Under the pieces are notes generated by a model. That model had not been told where the DNA came from, did not search any database, and saw only the letters and a list, made by a program, of their open reading frames with translations. A stretch of DNA of 32,196 nucleotides from a virus (taxonomy: Duplodnaviria > Caudoviricetes): the IMG/VR virus record IMGVR_UViG_3300037044_000248, positions 1-32,196 of that record; one strand, written 5' to 3'. Positions 25,000 through 32,196 of this stretch are shown here, piece after piece (the first letter of the stretch is position 1; each line of letters starts with the position of its first letter). The position numbers and the translations under genes are program-made.

Positions 25000-25953
25000 A
25001 TGACGAAAGTTACCTCTGCACTGGCGACGTATGACGTCACCACCAACCGCGAAGACCTGATCGACGCGGTCTATCGTATCGCGCCTGTCGATACGCCGTT
25101 CATGTCCGCCGTTCCGCGCGCCAAGGCGTCGGCGGTGCTGCATGAGTGGTCCACGCAGGCGCTTGCGTCCATCAACACCACGAACGCCCGGCTGGAAGGT
25201 GACGCGCTCACGCGCGCTGCATCGACCTCGCCTGTCCGTCGTCAGAACTACTGTCAGATTTCGAGCAAGGATGCGACCGTCACCGGCACGCAGCGCGCGA
25301 CGAACCCGGCGGGCATCGACGACATGATGGCCTATCAGATGTCGCTCAAGAGCCTCGAACTCAAGCGCGACATGGAAGCCATCCTTCTGGGCAACCAGGG
25401 GCAGACGGCCGGCAACACCACGACTGCGCGCACGCTGCGTTCGATGAACTCGTGGTTCAGTGGCAATGCGGTTCGCGGCGGCACTGTCGCGGCGGATGCG
25501 GCTGCGGCCACGGCTGCGGCGCTTGATGCCACGGCGGGTGCGGTGCGGACGCTCACTGAGACGATCCTCAAGAGCGCGATCCTTCTTGCATATCAGGACG
25601 GCGGAAGCCCGACGATGGTGCTGACGGGTCCGTTCAACAAGCAGATCATCTCGGGCTTCACGGGCCGCGTTGGCTCGCGTCAGAACGTGTCCGAGAACAC
25701 GATCCTTGGCGCGGCCTCGCTCTACGCTTCGGACTTCGGCGATCTCAAGATCATGCCGAGCCGCACGCAGCGCGAACGCGATGTGTTCGTGATCGATCCG
25801 ACGAAGGCGGCTGTTGCCTACCTTCGCGGCTTCGAACCGCAGGAGCTGGGGCGCATCGGCGATGCGGTCACTCGCGATATCATCTCGGAATACACACTTG
25901 AAAACCGTCACCCCGATGCCCACGCTATGGTGGCGGATTGCACAACGTCTTGA
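25000..25953 (+). CDS. Major capsid protein (DUF5309/SU10-type)
   Basis: NREDL.D.VYRIAPVDTPF, HEW, NYCQI, ELKRDME, SDFG and EYTLE motifs. Confidence 0.9.
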   Translation: MTKVTSALATYDVTTNREDLIDAVYRIAPVDTPFMSAVPRAKASAVLHEWSTQALASINTTNARLEGDALTRAASTSPVRRQNYCQISSKDATVTGTQRATNPAGIDDMMAYQMSLKSLELKRDMEAILLGNQGQTAGNTTTARTLRSMNSWFSGNAVRGGTVAADAAAATAAALDATAGAVRTLTETILKSAILLAYQDGGSPTMVLTGPFNKQIISGFTGRVGSRQNVSENTILGAASLYASDFGDLKIMPSRTQRERDVFVIDPTKAAVAYLRGFEPQELGRIGDAVTRDIISEYTLENRHPDAHAMVADCTTS

Positions 25954-25960
25954 TATAATC

Positions 25961-25989
25961 TTGTAACTTGTTGGTCGCTTCGCTATGTT
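25961..25989 (+). promoter_or_regulatory. Possible promoter for the first HNH gene
   Basis: TTGTAA, 17 bp, TATGTT in an AT-rich spacer. Confidence 0.35.
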
Positions 25990-26015
25990 GCTTGCGCAAC
26001 AGAATGGAGCGACCA

Positions 26016-26603
26016 ATGGTTTGTCAGATTGAGGGTTGCGATAAGCCCCACAAAAGCAAGGGGTACTGCGACACGCACTACGCTTACTGGCGGCGCAATG
26101 GTAAGGAATGGTCGGCGGGGGTAGGTGATATAAAGCCGATGGCCGGTAAGTTTTGGCCAAAGGTTGACGTGAGGGGGCCTGACGAGTGCTGGCCTTGGAA
26201 GGCTGCAGTTTACCGCGCCACTGGGTACGGCTTAATCGGGAAAGGTGGACTTGGCGCCGGTAGCGTCGGGGCGCACCGCGTCAGTTATGAATTGAATTGC
26301 GGCCCGATCCCGGCAGGGATGGTCGTGATGCACACTTGTGACAATCGCATCTGCGTAAATCCCGCTCATTTGAGGTTGGGGACGCATAAAGACAACACGC
26401 AGGATATGATGCGCAAGGGAAGACACAAACGCGCTGCAGCACGCGGCGAGGCTCTTCATTTTTCAAAGCTGAATGAGGAAAAGGTTAGGTACATTCGCGC
26501 CAACCCAGAAATGTCCCTCAAGGAACTGAGTGGGGATTTGGGGGTGGCTGTTCAAACGATTCATCATGTTCGATCTGGCAGGACGTGGGCACACGTTACC
26601 TGA
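26016..26603 (+). CDS. Free-standing HNH (His-Cys box type) homing endonuclease 1
   Basis: C...GC.....KGYCDTHY Zn knuckle; ECWPW, AHRVSY, MHTCDNRICVNPAHL; C-terminal HTH ending GRTWAHV. Confidence 0.9.
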   Translation: MVCQIEGCDKPHKSKGYCDTHYAYWRRNGKEWSAGVGDIKPMAGKFWPKVDVRGPDECWPWKAAVYRATGYGLIGKGGLGAGSVGAHRVSYELNCGPIPAGMVVMHTCDNRICVNPAHLRLGTHKDNTQDMMRKGRHKRAAARGEALHFSKLNEEKVRYIRANPEMSLKELSGDLGVAVQTIHHVRSGRTWAHVT

Positions 26604-26625
26604 CTCGCGAAACATAAACGCAACC

Positions 26626-26651
26626 AAGGCTCGCTTCGGCGGGCCTTTTTT
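26626..26651 (+). terminator. Intrinsic terminator
   Basis: AAGGCTCGC-TTCG-GCGGGCCTT followed by a T-run. Confidence 0.85.
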
Positions 26652-26661
26652 ATGAGGCGTC

Positions 26662-26964
26662 ATGTCCAAGGAAGCACTCCTAGGCGCGTATTTCCCCGAG
26701 CGCCGCAAGACAATTTACCATCAGACGGTCAACGGAAAGACCACGGTCGAGGACCGGCAGGACTGCGAGCCCATCGTCGAATGGGTCAAGCGCCGCCGTG
26801 ATGCCGGGCAGTCTGATGACGTGTTCACGCACATTGCCGAGATTCCGCTCACCGTCCTGAACAAGGCGATGACGGAGGGTTGGCTGCACGACGAGAAGGC
26901 GTGGAAGCGCTGGGTGAATGACCCGGATAACGCTGCCTTCAAGGTTTATGAAAAACGGTGGTGA
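26662..26964 (+). CDS. Hypothetical head-module protein (100 aa)
   Basis: QDCEPIVE...HIAEIP...WVNDPDN; GAGG RBS. Confidence 0.78.
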   Translation: MSKEALLGAYFPERRKTIYHQTVNGKTTVEDRQDCEPIVEWVKRRRDAGQSDDVFTHIAEIPLTVLNKAMTEGWLHDEKAWKRWVNDPDNAAFKVYEKRW

Positions 26965-27026
26965 AAGGACTAGAGCCTTTAGGAGTTTCATAGTATGGTA
27001 GTCCCGTTGACCAAGCGGAGGCTATC

Positions 27027-27587
27027 ATGCGAACTTGTGAAGTAGACGGTTGCAGCAAAAAGCACTTGGCGCGCGGTATGTGTGCCGCGCATTATTCCAA
27101 GAATATTTACGTCCCGAAGGCAGGGACTCGCGGGACACTGACAGAGCGGTTCTGGCGTAAGGTGGCCGTCGCTAAAGGCGATGAGTGTTGGTCGTGGAAC
27201 GGATCAACGTCACCTGCTGGTTATGCCCAAATATGGGGCGGGCCCGCAATAGGGAGGCCCATCGCTGCACACCGCGTGAGCTACGAGATTCACCACGGGC
27301 CTATCCCGGTCGATCGGCTGGTGATGCACTCTTGCGACAACCCGATTTGCTGCAACCCGAAGCATTTAAGCCTTGGGACCGACAAGGCGAATGCCGCCGA
27401 TAAGGTGGACAAGCGTCGGCATAGCTACGGCGAAAACCGCTACAATGCCAAACTGACCGACGACAAAGTTCGTCAAATCAGACGAGAAACCAACAGCACA
27501 CTTCGAGAGATGAGTAACATCTACGGCGTTAGCGAAAGTGTGTTGGTAAACATCCGGAAAGGAAGAACGTGGCGTCACGTAAGTTGA
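27027..27587 (+). CDS. Free-standing HNH homing endonuclease 2
   Basis: Same architecture as HNH1: CEVDGC...RGMCAAHY, ECWSW, AHRVSY, MHSCDNPICCNPKHL, GRTWRHV. Confidence 0.9.
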   Translation: MRTCEVDGCSKKHLARGMCAAHYSKNIYVPKAGTRGTLTERFWRKVAVAKGDECWSWNGSTSPAGYAQIWGGPAIGRPIAAHRVSYEIHHGPIPVDRLVMHSCDNPICCNPKHLSLGTDKANAADKVDKRRHSYGENRYNAKLTDDKVRQIRRETNSTLREMSNIYGVSESVLVNIRKGRTWRHVS

Positions 27588-28387
27588 AGGTTGCTCTGGC
27601 AATTCCCTGCTACGGCGACCCCAAGGGCAAGTTCCTGCAATCTCTTCTCGATATGCAGGCGTATTTCCTGAGTTCGCGGCTGGAAGCGCCGGACGGGACG
27701 CCATACGAGAAAGAGGTCAAGACCTTCATCGTCTCGACATCGATGCTCACCGAGGGGCGGCACCGACTGATTGCAGAGGCGCTGAATTGGGAGGCGGATT
27801 TCATGCTGTGCATGGACGCCGATCACACCTTCCCGGAAGACGCGCTGGACCGGCTTCTCGTACATAACAAGATGGTCGTGGGCTGCAATTACGCGAGGCG
27901 GGGCATCCCGACCGCGCCGACTGCCGCGAGGATCGACAAGACCGACGATAGCCACACGGGGCTGCTGTATACGACGGCCGAAAAGGCCGAGGCCGGAGTT
28001 GTCGAGGAGTGCGCCCATCTCGGTATGGGTTTCGTGCTCATCAACATGAAGCTGTTCGATCATTTGCAGGCTTACGTGGAATCGCTCGGCGAACGATCGT
28101 TCCTGCCGCTGTTCAAGTTCGAGCCCGCGCCCGACTTCAAGGGTATGCGCGGCGAGGATGTTTATTTCTTCGAAAAGGTGCGGGCTTCAGGTGTTTCGGT
28201 GTGGTGCGATCATGGCCTCTCGTGGGCTCTTGGGCATTGCCACGACATCATCATGACGCATCAGCACACACTCGACCAGCGCGACGCATGGGCGAAGCAG
28301 GAAACCGAGACGAAGCAGCGCTTCCTTGAGAAGGCTGACGAGATGGACAACCGGGCGCGGGTTGAGGGGGCAGTATATGGCACTTGA
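27569..28387 (+). CDS. GT-A fold (family 2-like) glycosyltransferase
   Basis: VALAIPCYG first strand, MDADH (DxD), GMGFVLI, GEDVYF and LGH motifs; start GTG 27569 or TTG 27584. Confidence 0.85.
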   Translation: MASRKLKVALAIPCYGDPKGKFLQSLLDMQAYFLSSRLEAPDGTPYEKEVKTFIVSTSMLTEGRHRLIAEALNWEADFMLCMDADHTFPEDALDRLLVHNKMVVGCNYARRGIPTAPTAARIDKTDDSHTGLLYTTAEKAEAGVVEECAHLGMGFVLINMKLFDHLQAYVESLGERSFLPLFKFEPAPDFKGMRGEDVYFFEKVRASGVSVWCDHGLSWALGHCHDIIMTHQHTLDQRDAWAKQETETKQRFLEKADEMDNRARVEGAVYGT

Positions 28388-29006
28388 CACCTTCGCCAAC
28401 CTGAAGACCTCGATTGAGGCATGGCTTGACGACGCGGACACGTATGACGGGGCCGTGGACGACATCATTCTGATGGCCGAAAGCGAGTTCAACCGCCGTC
28501 TTCGCGTGCCGGAGATGGAGGTGCGTTCGCAGGCGACGGTCTCGGGGCAATACCTGGCGCTACCGGACGATTTCCTCCAGCTTCGTGCGATCTACCTGTT
28601 GAACGACGCCTATATCCGCCTCGATCAACTGCCGATCACGCAGCTTCGCAGCGATTACGCCGCCTACACGACGGGTCAGCCGCGCGCTTATGCCATCAAT
28701 GACGGGCAGTTCGTTTTCGGACCGCAGCCGGACACCACGTACACCGCCGAGATCGTCTATTACGCGAAAATCCCGGCGCTTTCGGTGAGCAATACGACCA
28801 ATTGGCTGCTGACCGCGCACCCTGACCTTTATCTCGCGCAGTGCATGGGCCTTGGCGAGCTGTTCGGGTTCAATGATCCGCGCGCGCAGCTGATGAAAGC
28901 GAGGGCTGACGAGATTATCGACCAGATGGATATGGCGGCGCGCAAGCATAACATGGGATCGGCGCCTATTCGCATGTCGCACGGCGTCAACGAGCGTCTT
29001 TGGTGA
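28377..29006 (+). CDS. Head-tail adaptor protein
   Basis: ALDTFANLKTSI...MAESEFNRRLR...LPDDF...GPQPD...TNWLLTAHPDLYL; located after the head genes. Confidence 0.8.
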   Translation: MALDTFANLKTSIEAWLDDADTYDGAVDDIILMAESEFNRRLRVPEMEVRSQATVSGQYLALPDDFLQLRAIYLLNDAYIRLDQLPITQLRSDYAAYTTGQPRAYAINDGQFVFGPQPDTTYTAEIVYYAKIPALSVSNTTNWLLTAHPDLYLAQCMGLGELFGFNDPRAQLMKARADEIIDQMDMAARKHNMGSAPIRMSHGVNERLW

Positions 29007-30451
29007 AGCGCTTCCTGCCGTTCGGGGAACTCGCCCCCGACAATGCCCCGCTCAATGCCACGACGCTCCAGATCGCGGACGGCTGCGTGCCGATCGCGAA
29101 CGGATATGCACCAATCAAGCAGTTCGCGGCGGAGAGTGGGTTGACGCTCCCCACCGCGTGCATGGGGGCGGCATCGTTCAAGTCGCCGGATGATTCAACG
29201 TGGACGTTCGCAGGGACATCAACAAATCTTTATGTCCGCACGCCGAGCGCATGGACGTCTGTCGGGTCGGGGTATGTCACGCCGGAAACAGGGTGGCGGT
29301 TCGAGCAGTTCGGCGGGCTTGTCGTTGCCACGAACGGCGTGGACGTGCCGCAGAAGTTCAACACGCTTGGCGGGTCCACGTTCGCAGCGCTTGCCGGGTC
29401 TCCGCCGAAGATGCGCTATCTCGCGGTGGTGCGTGATTTCCTTGTCGCGGGCTATCTGAACGACAACGGTCTTCTGCTCCAGTGGTCGGCGATCAACAAC
29501 GCGGAAGGCTGGACGGTCACGACCGACCTTTCCGACTATCAGGCGATGCCGGTCGGCGGGAACATCACGGGCCTTGCGGGCGGTGAGTACGGTATCGTGT
29601 TCCAGGAAGACCGCATCGTCCGCATGACGTTCGAGCAGGGGCCGACCGTGTTCCGCTTCGACGAGATTTCGACAAACCTTGGCTGCCGCATTCCGAACAG
29701 CATCGTGCAGGAAGGGAGGAACATCTATTTCTACAGCCCGCGCGGGTTCATGGTGACGGACGGGTCCAGCGTTACGCCGATCGGCAATGAGCGCGTGGAC
29801 AGCTATTTCAACGGGCTTCAGAACAAGCTTTATCACTCTGCCATGTCGGCTGCGGTCGACCCGGTTCGCAAGCTGATCGTATGGACGGTGCCCAATAAGG
29901 CGGTCCCGGATAAGTGGCTGGTTTACAACTATGCACTCAACCGCTGGACGACGCATACGCAGGCCGCCGAGCTCGTGATGACTGGCCGCACGCGCGACAT
30001 CACGATTGACGAGGATGTTTCGGGCGTCACGGGCGACGACATCCTCGACACCTCCGGCCTGCCCAGCCTCGATAGCGCGGCTTACATGGGCGGCGATCCG
30101 ACGTTCTACATGTTCAATAGCTCTCACGCCTTTGGAGGGCTCACAGGGGCCAACGCGGCGGCAACGTGGGGCATGGGCGATCTTGAACTTGTCGAGAGCC
30201 TGAGGACGCGCCTGAGGCGAACAATGCCCTATATCGACGCGGCCAGTGGGTTGACGCTGACCATGCAGGGCAAGGCGCGGTTTGGCGATGCACTGACGAC
30301 GGAGACGTACACGTCCCTGAGAGCAAGCGGGTGGATGCCGTCGCGGTCGAGCTGGCGGACGCTGCGGCCGAAACTGGCTGTGGCGGCTGGGACGACGTGG
30401 ACCTACGCGCAGGGGTTGGCGTTCGAATATGAAGCGGGGGGCGCGCGGTGA
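29003..30451 (+). CDS. Tail nozzle / DNA stabilisation protein (P22 gp10 or T7 gp12-like)
   Basis: Beta-propeller-like composition (LQWSAIN, NLGC..PNSIV, YFYSPRGF, VTPIG); follows the adaptor. Confidence 0.75.
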   Translation: MKRFLPFGELAPDNAPLNATTLQIADGCVPIANGYAPIKQFAAESGLTLPTACMGAASFKSPDDSTWTFAGTSTNLYVRTPSAWTSVGSGYVTPETGWRFEQFGGLVVATNGVDVPQKFNTLGGSTFAALAGSPPKMRYLAVVRDFLVAGYLNDNGLLLQWSAINNAEGWTVTTDLSDYQAMPVGGNITGLAGGEYGIVFQEDRIVRMTFEQGPTVFRFDEISTNLGCRIPNSIVQEGRNIYFYSPRGFMVTDGSSVTPIGNERVDSYFNGLQNKLYHSAMSAAVDPVRKLIVWTVPNKAVPDKWLVYNYALNRWTTHTQAAELVMTGRTRDITIDEDVSGVTGDDILDTSGLPSLDSAAYMGGDPTFYMFNSSHAFGGLTGANAAATWGMGDLELVESLRTRLRRTMPYIDAASGLTLTMQGKARFGDALTTETYTSLRASGWMPSRSSWRTLRPKLAVAAGTTWTYAQGLAFEYEAGGAR

Positions 30452-30597
30452 TCGACATGCTGCCAACGTGGCTTCTGATCGCGCTCACAAAGCGCAACTA
30501 CAGGATGCGCGAGCAGGGACTGGCTCCAGACGAATGGTATTGGGCAGACAGGGAACTCCTTCGGCGCGGCCATGATTATGCGTGGTGCAAGAAATGA
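30448..30597 (+). CDS. Small hypothetical protein (49 aa), not in the ORF track
   Basis: Translated by hand (MIDMLPTWLL...AWCKK); GTGA and ATGA coupling at its ends. Confidence 0.55.
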   Translation: MIDMLPTWLLIALTKRNYRMREQGLAPDEWYWADRELLRRGHDYAWCKK

Positions 30598-31112
30598 CCT
30601 TCGCCCCGAACGTCATCATCAAGGCAACCGAGGCGCCGGTCCAGTCGGTGACGACGGCGAACCTGCCGGAGAACTTGCGGACGCAGGCGGTATCGAGCGA
30701 GATCAACAAGATCGCGCAGTATGGCGTGATGCCGGTTGGTTCGGTGGTTTACTACGCGGGGGTCTCGATACCGCCGCGTCACGGCTGGCTGCTGTGCGAT
30801 GGGGCGACGATTTCGAGATCGGCGTTTCCTCAACTTTGGAAGATTGCAGAGGCATCGATAGCCGCAGGGAAAACAGATTTTGGCGTAGGGGACGGCTCCA
30901 CCACGTTCATCCTGCCGGATGCGCGCGGTGTTTCGGTCACGCCGGAAGCAAGTCCGCCGACTGTCGTTGTTGACGATGGTGGTTCGGTGAATGTCGGCAG
31001 CACGACACCGCCGCCGCTGCCTGATCCGGGTACGACGGGTGGAGGCGGGACAATCCCGTCCGGTGGGCGTCCCAAGCTGCCATACAACCTCGATTATTTT
31101 ACATGGTTCTGA
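30594..31112 (+). CDS. Phage tail-collar domain protein
   Basis: PVGSVVYYAG...GWLLCDGATISRSAFPQLW...FGVGDGSTTFILPD.RG; Pro/Gly-rich tail. Confidence 0.85.
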   Translation: MTFAPNVIIKATEAPVQSVTTANLPENLRTQAVSSEINKIAQYGVMPVGSVVYYAGVSIPPRHGWLLCDGATISRSAFPQLWKIAEASIAAGKTDFGVGDGSTTFILPDARGVSVTPEASPPTVVVDDGGSVNVGSTTPPPLPDPGTTGGGGTIPSGGRPKLPYNLDYFTWF

Positions 31113-31480
31113 TGATACCGGATTGGGCGGGCTACCTTCAGTTTCGAGACGCCTTCGCGAACGTGATGGACCCCGAGCATCATACGCCTGAGTGGCTGGA
31201 CGGCGAGATACTTTCGGGCCGGGTCAAGTTCCTGCGCGGGATGAACGCGGCGATCGTGTTCGAGCGGAGAGAGTACCCGACTGGCGCGGCCGATGTTCAT
31301 GGGTTGGTTGCAGCCGGAGACCTTGCCGAGATCGTGGAATATCTGATCCCGGAAGCTGAGGATTGGGGCCGGGCACATGGTTGCACGGGGGCAGTGATTG
31401 AATCGCGTCAAGGTTGGGTGAAGGCGCTCGCGCCGAGTGGATACGCGCCGCATCAGGTCGCATTGAGGAAGGTGCTGTAA
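31112..31480 (+). CDS. GNAT-like tail-module protein
   Basis: EDWGRAHGCTGAVIESRQGWVKALAPSGY; conserved position before ejection proteins in podoviruses. Confidence 0.62.
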   Translation: MIPDWAGYLQFRDAFANVMDPEHHTPEWLDGEILSGRVKFLRGMNAAIVFERREYPTGAADVHGLVAAGDLAEIVEYLIPEAEDWGRAHGCTGAVIESRQGWVKALAPSGYAPHQVALRKVL

Positions 31481-32196
31481 TGGGCATTTCAAGCAGCAAG
31501 ACAAAGACCACGAATGACCCTTGGGCGCCAGCGCAGCCGTACATTCTGGAAGGTTTGAAGCAGACGCAGCGCGTGTTCGACAAGGTGCAGCCGCAGACCG
31601 AGAAATACGGTGCGATGTCGTTCGATACCTATGGGCGCGTAGCGCCCGGCGCAGAAGCTGGCATCAAGGGTTCGCAGACCCTCGTCAACGACACGCTGGC
31701 GGGAAAATTCCTTGGAGGCAACCCATACACGGACGCCATTATTGCAAAGAACGCGGGCGATATCCGCAACAACGTCGGCGCTGCGTTTTCAGGCTCCGGT
31801 CGCTACGGCTCAGGCATGTTCGGCGATACTATCGCCGACAACATCGGTGAGATGGCTACAAGCCTGCGGCACGGAGATTACACGCAAGAACGCCAGAATC
31901 AGGTAAACGCCGTGGGCCAGTCTCAGGACCTGATGCGCGGTTCTCAGGGCCTTTTGGAACAGGCGGCAACACTCCCTTGGGCCGGTGTGCAGGCGCTCAA
32001 CGGCGGGGTTCGCACGGCCTCGAACGGGTACGGCACGACGACCACAAAGAGCAGCGATCCGATGGGAACGCTTGTCGGTCTCGCGGGCGCGGGTGCGACG
32101 GCTTACGCCAGCGACGAGCGTATCAAGGACGTAAAGCGCAAGGTTGGTGAGACGCCGCAGGGGCTCGGCATCTACGACTACGAATATAAGGGCTCG
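31480..32196 (+). CDS. Ejection/pilot-like virion protein with a C-terminal intramolecular chaperone (peptidase S74) domain; truncated by the window end and not in the ORF track
   Basis: Open from ATG 31480 (TAATG overlap) to the end: MGISSSKTKTTNDPWAPAQPY...GNPY...SGRYGSG...AYASDERIKDVKRKVG....GLGIYDYEYKG. Confidence 0.8.
   Translation, partial: MGISSSKTKTTNDPWAPAQPYILEGLKQTQRVFDKVQPQTEKYGAMSFDTYGRVAPGAEAGIKGSQTLVNDTLAGKFLGGNPYTDAIIAKNAGDIRNNVGAAFSGSGRYGSGMFGDTIADNIGEMATSLRHGDYTQERQNQVNAVGQSQDLMRGSQGLLEQAATLPWAGVQALNGGVRTASNGYGTTTTKSSDPMGTLVGLAGAGATAYASDERIKDVKRKVGETPQGLGIYDYEYKGS

Larger units (their letters stand above)
1..32196. mobile_element. Temperate podovirus-like phage/prophage (partial), probably infecting Alphaproteobacteria
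   Basis: Integrase, repressor/cro switch, replication, terminase, portal, capsid and short-tail genes in lambdoid order. No host housekeeping genes or att boundary visible. Confidence 0.95.

Noticed and set aside
24991-26160. 389-aa minus-strand ORF across the capsid and HNH1 genes
   Set aside because: Antisense to two well-supported genes and crossing their boundary; no motif support.
25954-27587. Group I introns or inteins hosting the HNH genes
   Set aside because: The flanking genes appear complete with their own stops, and the spacers are only about 60 bp, too short for an intron core.
29219-30466. 415-aa minus-strand ORF antisense to the nozzle gene
   Set aside because: Arg-rich shadow frame with no recognisable domain.

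Overview
This window is a contiguous ~32 kb stretch of a temperate, short-tailed (podovirus-like) phage or prophage. High GC and the GcrA-like and CtrA-like regulators suggest an alphaproteobacterial host (inference). From left to right it contains: (1) a leftward early operon (1-8509) with a tyrosine integrase, a probable excisionase, many small translationally coupled hypotheticals, a Lar-like protein and two DNA methyltransferases; (2) an immunity switch with a short XRE repressor, a Cro-like gene, four GGACNNNTTGTCC-type operators and two TTGACA promoters; (3) a rightward early/replication operon with a GIY-YIG-wHTH fusion, GcrA-like protein, RusA, PD-(D/E)XK nuclease, SSB-like protein, primase-helicase, a CCGGAAG repeat cluster (probable origin), a gene with a CysRS-like C-terminal domain and a probable late regulator; (4) a late operon with a Thr-rich repeat fibre module, TerS/TerL, portal, scaffold, major capsid, two HNH endonucleases, adaptor, nozzle, tail-collar protein, GNAT-like protein and a truncated ejection-like protein with an S74 chaperone. 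The most striking feature is that a SAM methyltransferase, a radical SAM/SPASM enzyme and a GT-A glycosyltransferase sit inside the head-morphogenesis operon along with a Thr/Ser-rich fibre, a candidate phage-encoded virion glycosylation and glycan-tailoring system. All calls come from reading motifs by eye; no database searches were run. Start codons were adjusted from the ORF track using RBS and ATGA/TGATG overlaps.
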